Source of the DNA: Proteromonas lacertae
Lineage: Eukaryota
Direction of reading: 5' to 3'
DNA length: 20,000 nt
Assembly (NCBI GenBank): GCA_002245135.1
Contig: NGBS01000601.1
Location: 50,012 to 70,011 of the forward strand
Shown here: one piece after another, positions 9,894 through 19,900 of the stretch
Numbering within the stretch: position 1 is the stretch's first letter
Layout of the letters: each line of letters opens with the position of its first letter
Made by a program: the position numbers and the translations under genes
Notes under the pieces: generated by a model
Seen by the model: only the letters and a program-made list of their open reading frames with translations
Told to the model about the DNA's origin: nothing
Databases searched by the model: none

Positions 9894-11444
9894 TTAACAC
9901 TTTTGTTCTTGCTGTGTTTCACTCATTATATCCTTCAAAACATCAGCCACAACTCCAGTTCTAATTGGTGGTGGTTTATATCCTGCATTAATATGATCTC
10001 TCAATTGTTTTTCAATTAACCTTCTTTCTCTCAGATACTGTATTTGACGCTGTCTTTCTTCTTGTTCAGCATCTCTTAATCTCTGTAATTCTGCTTCACG
10101 TTTATTATCTTCAACAGCTTCATATTGCTTCTTTAATTCATTTCCATACCATTCATTCAACTCTCTTCTCTTCTGTGACTCTTTCCTTTCTCTTTCAATC
10201 TGTATATTCTGTTCTCTAATTAATTTAATTCTTTCTCTCTCATCATTCTCTTTTTCTAAATTAGCTTTTCTAGCTTTATATTCTATTTGCATTTTTCTCT
10301 CTAAATATACTTGATTCATTAACTTATCATAAGCTTCCTTCTTTCTTTGCTCGTCTAATCGAGCCTTCTTCTCCACTTCTCTTTGATATTCAGCTGCTCT
10401 TCTTTCATCTGCTTGAGCTTGTTGGTCTTGGAACTTCTCTTGTTTTGCTCTAATTCTTTCACATTCTAATGCCTTTTGTTTAGCTTCACGTTGTTTACGA
10501 CGATTTTCATCCATTGCTTCTTTATCCTTTCGTTTATTATAAAGTGTAATCTTTTTATCTTCTTCTAATTCCTGCATCAATCTATCATATCGATGACTTT
10601 CTTGTAATTTATTGAAATCCTCTAATTCTTTCGCTCTTCTCTTTTGTTCTTTGATTTTTTCTATTTCACGTCTTTCAGCCTCGATCTGATCTTGTCGGAT
10701 TTTTTCTAACATCATTTCTCCTTCCATCTCTATTCGTTCTTTTTCTAATATTCTTTCTAATTCTCTTTCAGCTAATTGATCTTCGATTTTTTCTTTGAAT
10801 ATTGCATTCTTTTGTTTCCTTTCTTCTAGTTGTTGTCTGTATTTTTGTATTTCATCTATTCTTCTTTCTTCCATCTCATCGTCCCAGGCTTGATCGATTT
10901 GATGTTGATAATCTTGTAGTTCTTTCTTTTCTTTTATTTGTTTACCTAATATTGTTTCATTTTTCATTCTATTTAGACGAGCTCTTAATGTCTTTACATC
11001 ATCTGCTTCACTATCCATTTTGTCATATACTTTTTTTAACATGGGATTTGCTGCTTCTATTGCTTCTAATTCGGCTGCTATTGTTGGCACATGTTTTTTT
11101 GCTTCTTCTTCCAATTCTCGCATTTTAGTCTTTCTCAAGTCAGCTTTATCATGTAATGCTTTTTGTGATAAATATGCATCTCTTTTTCTTCTTTCTATTT
11201 CTTCTTTTGTTATTAATTTTGATCTTTGTTTCAATTCCTCTAAATCTTTTCTTGACATTAAAATAGCATCTATAAAATTTTATAAAATTTAAATGTACTT
11301 GCTCTAGTAGTAGCACCTATAGTTTGTTGACCAGCGTTAGATAATCTTGCACTTGACTTCTATTAATGTAAAATAGACTTCCTATACTGTATTGCCAAAT
11401 AGTGTTTCATCCACATCTGGTGTTCTATTTCTGGACATCATCAT
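9894..11444 (-). CDS. CFAP45: Cilia- and flagella-associated protein 45 (CCDC19; trichohyalin-plectin-homology coiled coil, axonemal microtubule inner protein), ~497 aa. Exons 11444-11388, 11359-11299, 11269-9894
   Basis: The spliced N-terminus has 'DVDETLFG', matching the VDESLFG motif I recognise from CFAP45, followed by AILMSRKDLEELK, RKTKMRELE, DDVKTL, QIKEKK and a long E/K/R/Q-rich helix. Introns 11360-11387 and 11270-11298. Recognised by eye, not searched. Confidence 0.8.
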
Positions 11445-11614
11445 TTTTGAATCAGTTTTGAAAGAAAAAAACAGTTTTAACGAATTAGGGTAACGACTAG
11501 ATTTTTAGTAATTCATTTATTTTTTATATAGAAATACATATTGATTTATATAAACTTTAAATAAAGTTTTAGACAGAAATATAATTATTAAATAGATATT
11601 GGTAGAATTATAAA

Positions 11615-12182
11615 TTAATCTTCTCTTTTCAACACTTGCAAATATGTTGTCACACTCCTTTTATACAAAAATGCAGCTCCCTATTATAACTAAAAGTTTT
11701 AAAATACTTTTGTGATTGGACTAAAACAATAAACCAACATCCCCATTTTTATTGCATAATATAAAGGAACACTATAAATTGTAATTGATATTTTATATAC
11801 AAAATATGTAGGTAATATAAATTACAATCTAAAGCAAATACAAGACCAAAGCAAAGCCAGTATTTACACCTATTACAATATAACTACTCTTAATACCAAA
11901 AAATCAAATCTTTATGATTGTCTTGTTCGATTGATTTTATTGTTTTATATGCTGGAAACACATAACAAGCAATATTACTAAAAGATTAACAAATATATAC
12001 CACACTAACATGCTGCCCCATTCATAAAACAAAAATATTACACATGCAATAAAACAAACAATTCCTCCCCATATTTTTACCCAATTTATTCTTTCTGTAA
12101 TGTAATGAATTTCTAATCATAAAATTTATAATGAAACTATACCATCATCATCGTTCATTTCATCAAAACTACTCACTTCCAT
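11615..12182 (-). CDS. TB2/DP1/HVA22 family (REEP5/Yop1-like) ER-shaping membrane protein, 143 aa. Exons 12182-12143, 12112-12001, 11977-11897, 11869-11801, 11771-11708, 11680-11615
   Basis: Not in the ORF track. Five GTAT..TAG introns (30, 23, 27, 29, 27 nt) give MEVSSFDEMNDDDEIHY...LVCNIACYVFPAYKTIKSIEQDNHKDLIFWCKYWLCFGL...FVPLYYAIKMGMLVYCFSPITKGAAFLYKR...*. This carries the family motifs (Y/F)PAYxSxKAIE, WLxYW, PxYYxxK and PxTxGAxxLY. Confidence 0.92.
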
Positions 12183-12244
12183 ATTTTATCTCAATTTTAA
12201 ATCCTGACCGTCAAAATTACATTTTATTACAATAATATTTGAAA
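12183..12244. promoter_or_regulatory. 62-nt divergent intergenic/promoter region between the REEP gene and the coiled-coil gene
   Basis: ATG on - at 12182 and ATG on + at 12245. The spacer is AT-rich with a single GC-richer island, CCTGACCGTC. Confidence 0.5.
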
Positions 12245-13523
12245 ATGTTAAATCTAGCAGATTTGTTGGATGCTATTAGAGATTTATTAGAGTATATTGT
12301 TAGTTTTTTATCATAGAAAATATAAAGTTTCAGAAGAAGTCATTGAAGCTACTGAACGAGAAATAAAGACTAATATAATGAAAGACAAGTTTATAAGAGA
12401 AAAAATTTCTGAACTAGAGTCGCAGTATCATGCACAATTCTCTGAAGCGACTATGACTTTTAGAGTTAAAGTATACTGTTATATGTATATAAATAATAGG
12501 CAAAAAGACCAACAGTATTTATATAATTATATTTTCATTGCATTTGTAATAGTCAGCAAGATTAAGAGGTCAAGATGTAGCAGTATATTAATTAATCATT
12601 TTATTTGAATAGAAATTAGCCCAATCAGTAATATATTTATAAATATAATGTCATTATAGATGAAAGCACCACCAAAATCACTAAGTGCTACAATAGGTCC
12701 AACAGAAACAACAACAAAAGCCACTCCAACCAAAAAGAAAACAACCAAAACATCCTCTAATAATAGTTCAACCAAAAAAGACAGAAAACCACTAGCACAA
12801 TCAATGTATCAACACAAAGATTTACCAGTCAAATCAAACACAAGATTAGCCAAAAGTGATGAACCAGTGAAAGTAAAAAGAGAAACTAATTTCATATCAA
12901 GTAATATAAAAATAGAAAATGGAGGGTATAAAGAAGAAAAGGAAGAAGAAGTAGTAGAAGATAAAAGCAATGAAAATGATAAGAAATTTCGTAAAGAGAG
13001 AAAATCATCAGTATATTTATATTTATTTTTATTTTATAGAAAGTACAAAAGAAAAATGAAACTTCATCTTCATCTTCGTCTACTGCTAATGTAAATATTG
13101 ATGCTAATTCTGATAAAAAGAAGTTATTACAAAGACAAATAAGTGATACTGTATATTATATATATATATATATATATAGATTATATTGAATAATGAAATT
13201 GATAATAAATCAAGTACATTTTCTGTAAATAATAATATAAAACCACTTTTATTACAATTACAAGAAAAAATAAGAGAATTAGGAAACTCGAATGAGACAC
13301 TATCAACTTCGTTAAAGGTAATTATATTGTTGTACATTTTATAGTCTGTCATTGATAAATTGAAAGACACCGAAAAGCAAAGAGATCATTACAAAGAGTT
13401 ATATGAATCTCAGAAAGTATAATTGAATTGTATTTTCTTTTTTTTCAATAGAAAGTCATTGAGGAACTGAAGCAATTCAAGGAATCAATAATTACAGTTA
13501 ATTCAATTCTTTGCATAGAATGA
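12245..13523 (+). CDS. ~334-aa hypothetical protein with an N-terminal helical region, K/T/S-rich disordered centre and C-terminal coiled coil. 10 exons: 12245-12291, 12317-12470, 12500-12514, 12553-12582, 12613-12627, 12660-13010, 13040-13150, 13180-13317, 13345-13416, 13452-13523
   Basis: Nine GTA..TAG introns (25-38 nt) give an uninterrupted frame MLNLADLLDAIRDLLEKYKVSEE...AKRPTSARLRGQDVAKLAQSMKAPP...LLQLQEKIRELGNSNETLSTSLKSVIDKLKDTEKQRDHYKELYESQKKVIEELKQFKESI...*. Confidence 0.75.
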
Positions 13524-13943
13524 ATATGATTAAATACTTTTATTTTATTTCTGTTGTTTATTGTGTATCAAAAAATATATTCGTTTCAAAGAAATTACAT
13601 TTCGATTTTCTTTTAAATTATGGATCGTTTGCCTTCTATTATACCATATTTCGCTGATGCTTGCTATTATAGATACGAATTATTTTTTCTTATTAAAACT
13701 AAACAAAACTTACTCAAACATTTCAGAAATTAGAAGTCTTACAGGTTTTTCTTGTATGTATTATGAGTAGATTCAATAGATATTAACTTAAAAAAATGTT
13801 ATTAATTTATTTTTCTCATTATTAGACTGTCTAATAAAAAATTTTCATTTCATCAAAAAAAATCTATCTTTGAGATCTATTTGATTTTTGTGTCTTATAT
13901 ATATTATTTTTACATTTAAATTTCGTTTTTTATAACTTCAAAT

Positions 13944-16900
13944 ATGTCTCAAAGCGTTGATAGTATAATTATTGTTCTATTTTATGTTTAGCTATAATAT
14001 ACACATGCGACGACTGTGGAGTTGAAATTAACATATCTGCAGATAAAAATCCATCTGATATATGTTGCCCAGTATGTGATGGGACTAAAGTTACAAAAAT
14101 TAAAGTAATTCCAGCTATTAAATACTTTAAATGCAAATCGTGTTCTTTAGTACTGCCAATTGCGGGAGAAGTAATTATGTGTCCAGTTTGCGACAATGAT
14201 GACATCTCTCAATTTGAGCAAGTAAAAGATGAAACTGGCACTCCATTAGAAAGTAATAGCAATAAACTAAATATTAGAACATCTGATGTAGATCAATTGC
14301 CTGATGAATATGATCAGCCAATTAATGTTAATCAAAAGAAAGAGGCCATAGAAAAACCTCCAAAAAATGAAAAAGAAGTAAAGTCTGCTACAAAGCCAGC
14401 TTTATCACCCACACCAAAAAAGAAAGGAGGATTTTGGAGTAAATTCGGATTTGGGAAGAAGAATAAAGAGCCATCCCCTGAGCCATCTCCAGAACCAGAA
14501 GAAATACCAGATAAAGAATCAGAAAAATCTGAAGAAGAAAATGAGGAGTTGGACAAATCAGAAGATGAAGAAAACAATGAAAAGAATTTAAGTGAGATAA
14601 ATAATGAGAATGAGGATGAAGAAAACGAGAAGGAAGAGATAGATGAGGAAAATGAAGTTAGTAATTCAGATAAAAAGAGTATAGACAATCCAAATATTGA
14701 AGAAATACCACATGAATATAAATGTGAGAATTGTGGTACATTATTTGTATTTGATTCTACGGATAATTTACCAACATGTCCAGTATGTGATAATGAAAAT
14801 CAAGATACAATTCATAAAAGATATAAAGCAAAATCTGAAAAAGAAGAAAGTGAAAAATCGGAAAGTGAAAAAGAAGAATCTCCCAAGGAAGAAAGTGAGA
14901 AAGAAGAAGAGAATCCATTTGTAGAAGAAAGTGAAGTAAAATCTGAAAAAGAAGAAAGTGAGAAAGAAGAAAGTGAAAAAGAAGAATCTCCCAAGGAAGA
15001 AAGTGAGAAAGAAGAAGAGAATCCATTTGTAGAAGAAAGTGAAGTAAAATCTGAAAAAGAAGAAAGTGAGAAAGAAGAAAGTGAGAAAGAAGAAAGTGAA
15101 AAAGAAGAATCTCCCAAGGAAGAAAGTGAGAAAGAAGAAGAGAATCCATTTGTAGAAGAAAGTGAAGTAAAATCTGAAAAAGAAGAAAGTGAGAAAGAAG
15201 AAACTCCGAAAGAAAAATCTGAAAGTGAAAGTGAAGAAGTTGAAGAAACTCTGAAAGAAGAATCAGGAAGTGAAAATGAAGAAGTTGAAGAAACTCCGAA
15301 AGAAAAATTTGAAAATGAAAGTGAAGAAGAAAAAGATAAAAATGGCGAAGAAAATGATTTCTTTGGAAAAATAGAACCTACAGCTGCTGCCGATTCATCT
15401 AATGCTGAAGATGATATATTTGGATTTTCCAATGAAAATATAAAACCTGAATCAACAAATATAGAAGATGATTTCTTTGGATTATCAACTGAAAACGAGA
15501 AATTAAATAAAGAAGAAGAAAATCCATTTGAAGAGAATGTAGAAGTTGCTTCTGAGAAAGAAGAATCTCCCAAAGAAGAAAGTGAGAAAGAAGAAAGTGT
15601 AAAAGAAGAAAGTGAAAAACCGGAAAGTGAAAAAGAAGAATTATCTCCAAAAGAAGAAGAAGAAAATCCATTTGAAGAGAATGTAGAAGTTGCTTCTGAG
15701 AAAGAAGAAGATAACAATGATTTCTTCAATAATGATGGTTTTGGCGAATCAAATGAAGGAAATAATGATTTTATTGATAATAATGAATTCCCAGTAAGTG
15801 AAAATACTGATGATATCTTTAATTCCTTAACTGAAAGTAAAGCTCCTGAAGAAGATAATCCATTTGAAGAGAATGTGGAAGTAGCATCTGAAAAATCCGA
15901 AAGTGAGAAAGAAGAAGAGAATCCATTTGTAGAAGAAGTTGAGGTAAAATCTGATAAAGAAGAAATCGAAAATCCATTTGAAGAAGATGTAAAAGAAGAA
16001 AGTGAAAAATCGGAAAGTGAAAAAGAAGAATCATCTCCAAAAGAAGAAGAAGAAAATCCATTTGAAGAGAATGTAGAAGTTGCTTCTGAGAAAGAAGAAT
16101 CTCCCAAAGAAGAAAGTGAGAAAGAAGAAAGTGTAAAAGAAGAAAGTGAAAAATCGGAAAGTGAAAAAGAAGAATCATCTCCAAAAGAAGAAGAAGAAAA
16201 TCCATTTGAAGAGAATGTAGAAGTTGCTTCTGAGAAAGAAGAATCTCCCAAAGAAGAAAGTGAGAAAGAAGAAAGTGTAAAAGAAGAAAGTGAAAAATCG
16301 GAAAGTGAAAAAGAAGAATCATCTCCAAAAGAAGAAGAAGAAAATCCATTTGAAGAGAATGTAGAAGTTGCTTCTGAGAAAGAAGAATCTCCCAAAGAAG
16401 AAAGTGAGAAAGAAGAAAGTGTAAAAGAAGAAAGTGAAAAATCGGAAAGTGAAAAAGAAGAATCATCTCCAAAAGAAGAAGAAGAAAATCCATTTGAAGA
16501 GAATGTAGAAGTTGCTTCTGAGAAAGAAGAATCTCCCAAAGAAGAAAGTGAGAAAGAAGAAAGTGTAAAAGAAGAAAGTGAAAAATCGGAAAGTGAAAAA
16601 GAAGAATCATCTCCAAAAGAAGAAGAAGAAAATCCATTTGAAGAGAATGTAGAAGTTGCTTCTGAGAAAGAAGAAGATAACAATGATTTCTTCAATAATG
16701 ATGGTTTTGGCGAATCAAATGAAGGAAATAATGATTTTATTGATAATAATGAATTCCCAGTAAGTGAAAATACTGATGATATCTTTAATTCCTTAACTGA
16801 AAGTAAAGCTCCTGAAGAAGATAATCCATTTGAAGAGAATGTGGAAGTAGCATCTGAAAAATCCGAAAGTGAGAAAGAAGAAGAGAATCCATTTGTAGAA

Positions 16901-19900
16901 GAAGTTGAGGTAAAATCTGATAAAGAAGAAATCGAAAATCCATTTGAAGAAGATGTAAAAGAAGAAAGTGAAAAATCGGAAAGTGAAAAAGAAGAATCAT
17001 CTCCAAAAGAAGAAGAAGAAAATCCATTTGAAGAGAATGTAGAAGTTGCTTCTGAGAAAGAAGAATCTCCCAAAGAAGAAAGTGAGAAAGAAGAAAATGT
17101 AAAAGAAGAAAGTGAAAAATCGGAAAGTGAAAAAGAAGAATCATCTCCAAAAGAAGAAGAAGAAAATCCATTTGAAGAGAATGTAGAAGTTGCTTCTGAG
17201 AAAGAAGAATCTCCCAAAGAAGAAAGTGAGAAAGAAGAAAGTGTAAAAGAAGAAAGTGAAAAATCGGAAAGTGAAAAAGAAGAATCATCTCCAAAAGAAG
17301 AAGAAGAAAATCCATTTGAAGAGAATGTAGAAGTTGCTTCTGAGAAAGAAGAATCTCCCAAAGAAGAAAGTGAGAAAGAAGAAAGTGTAAAAGAAGAAAG
17401 TGAAAAATCGGAAAGTGAAAAAGAAGAATCATCTCCAAAAGAAGAAGAAGAAAATCCATTTGAAGAGAATGTAGAAGTTGCTTCTGAGAAAGAAGAATCT
17501 CCCAAAGAAGAAAGTGAGAAAGAAGAAAGTGTAAAAGAAGAAAGTGAAAAATCGGAAAGTGAAAAAGAAGAATCATCTCCAAAAGAAGAAGAAGAAAATC
17601 CATTTGAAGAGAATGTAGAAGTTGCTTCTGAGAAAGAAGAAGATAACAATGATTTCTTCAATAATGATGGTTTTGGCGAATCAAATGAAGGAAATAATGA
17701 TTTTATTGATAATAATGAATTCCCAGTAAGTGAAAATACTGATGATATCTTTAATTCCTTAACTGAAAGTAAAGCTCCTGAAGAAGATAATCCATTTGAA
17801 GAGAATGTGGAAGTAGCATCTGAAAAATCCGAAAGTGAGAAAGAAGAAGAGAATCCATTTGTAGAAGAAGTTGAGGTAAAATCTGATAAAGAAGAAATCG
17901 AAAATCCATTTGAAGAAGATGTAAAAGAAGAAAGTGAAAAATCGGAAAGTGAAAAAGAAGAATCATCTCCAAAAGAAGAAGAAGAAAATCCATTTGAAGA
18001 GAATGTAGAAGTTGCTTCTGAGAAAGAAGAATCTCCCAAAGAAGAAAGTGAGAAAGAAGAAAATGTAAAAGAAGAAAGTGAAAAATCGGAAAGTGAAAAA
18101 GAAGAATCATCTCCAAAAGAAGAAGAAGAAAATCCATTTGAAGAGAATGTAGAAGTTGCTTCTGAGAAAGAAGAATCTCCCAAAGAAGAAAGTGAGAAAG
18201 AAGAAAGTGTAAAAGAAGAAAGTGAAAAATCGGAAAGTGAAAAAGAAGAATCATCTCCAAAAGAAGAAGAAGAAAATCCATTTGAAGAGAATGTAGAAGT
18301 TGCTTCTGAGAAAGAAGAATCTCCCAAAGAAGAAAGTGAGAAAGAAGAAAATGTAAAAGAAGAAAGTGAAAAATCGGAAAGTGAAAAAGAAGAATCATCT
18401 CCAAAAGAAGAAGAAGAAAATCCATTTGAAGAGAATGTAGAAGTTGCTTCTGAGAAAGAAGAATCTCCCAAAGAAGAAAGTGAGAAAGAAGAAAGTGTAA
18501 AAGAAGAAAGTGAAAAATCGGAAAGTGAAAAAGAAGAATCATCTCCAAAAGAAGAAGAAGAAAATCCATTTGAAGAGAATGTAGAAGTTGCTTCTGAGAA
18601 AGAAGAAGATAACAATGATTTCTTCAATAATGATGGTTTTGGCGAATCAAATGAAGGAAATAATGATTTTATTGATAATAATGAATTCCCAGTAAGTGAA
18701 AATACTGATGATATCTTTAATTCCTTAACTGAAAGTAAAGCTCCTGAAGAAGATAATCCATTTGAAGAGAATGTGGAAGTAGCATCTGAAAAATCCGAAA
18801 GTGAGAAAGAAGAAGAGAATCCATTTGTAGAAGAAGTTGAGGTAAAATCTGATAAAGAAGAAATCGAAAATCCATTTGAAGAAGATGTAAAAGAAGAAAG
18901 TGAAAAATCGGAAATGTGAAAAAGAAGAATCATCTCCAAAAGAAGAAGAAGAAAATCCATTTGAAGAGAATGTAGAAGTTGCTTCTGAGAAAGAAGAATC
19001 TCCAAAGAAGAAAGTGAGAAAGAAGAAAGTGTAAAAAGAGAAAAAGAAATTAAAAGAAGAAAGTGAAAATCGGAAAGTGAAAAAGAAGAATCATCTCCAA
19101 AAGAAGAAGAAGAAAATCCATTTGAAGAGAATGTAGAAGTTGCTTCTGAGAAAGAAGAATCTCCCAAAGAAGAAAGTGAGAAAGAAGAAAGTGTAAAGAA
19201 GAAAGTGAAAAATCGGAAAGTGAAAAAGAAGATCATCTCCAAAAGAAGAAGAAGAAATCCATTTGAAGAGAATGTAGAAGTTGCTTCTGAGAAAGAAGAA
19301 ATCAATACCAAAAGATGTGGAATAAGAAGGAAAAGAATGTAAAATGAATCGTAAAGTGAAAATATGATGATATCTAATCTCCGTAACTGAAAGTAAATCT
19401 GAAGAAATAATCCATTTGAAGAGAATGTAGAAGTAGCATCTGAAAATCGAGTGAGAAAGAAGAGATCATTGTAGAAGAATGGTAAAATCGATAAAGAAGA
19501 AATCGAAAATCATTTGAAGAAGATGTAAAAGAAGAAAGTGAAAAATCGGAAGTGAAAAAGAAGAATCATCTCCAAAAGAAGAAGAAGAAAATCCATTTGA
19601 AGAGAATGTAGAAGTTGCTTCTGAGAAAGAAGAAGATAACAATGATTTCTTCAATAATGATGGTTTTGGCGAATCAAATGAAGGAAATAATGATTTTATT
19701 GATAATAATGAATTCCAGTAAGTGAAAATACTGATGATATCTTTAATTCCGTAACTGAAAGTAAAGCTCCTGAAGAAGATAATCCATTTGAAGAGAATGT
19801 GGAAGTAGCATCTGAAAAATCCGAAAGTGAGAAAGAAGAAGAGAATCCATTTGTAGAAGAAGTTGAGGTAAAATCTGATAAAGAAGAAATCGAAAATCCA

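Noticed and set aside
13151..13179. (AT)n microsatellites here and at ~5747-5759 and ~8339-8352
   Set aside because: Simple intronic AT runs, expected in AT-rich DNA.
13497..13518. Possible extra 22-nt intron (GTTAAT...CATAG) moving the stop to 13533
   Set aside because: The GTT donor departs from the GTA consensus of all 37 other introns, and the unspliced frame already ends at TGA 13521-13523. Not fully excluded.
5011..13523. Possible functional cluster of flagellar/cytoskeletal genes
   Set aside because: Only CFAP45 is confidently ciliary, the others are unassigned, and such genes are common enough in flagellates to be neighbours by chance.
15510..18915. CRISPR-like or transposon interpretation of the regular repeats
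   Set aside because: No unique spacers, cas genes, terminal repeats or transposase. All unit lengths are multiples of 3 within one eukaryotic ORF.
14812..19311. 1499-aa minus-strand S/F/L-rich ORF and the three 272-aa minus-strand ORFs
   Set aside because: Antisense shadows of the GAA/AAA-rich plus-strand repeat, which has few TTA/CTA/TCA triplets in those frames; no independent coding features.
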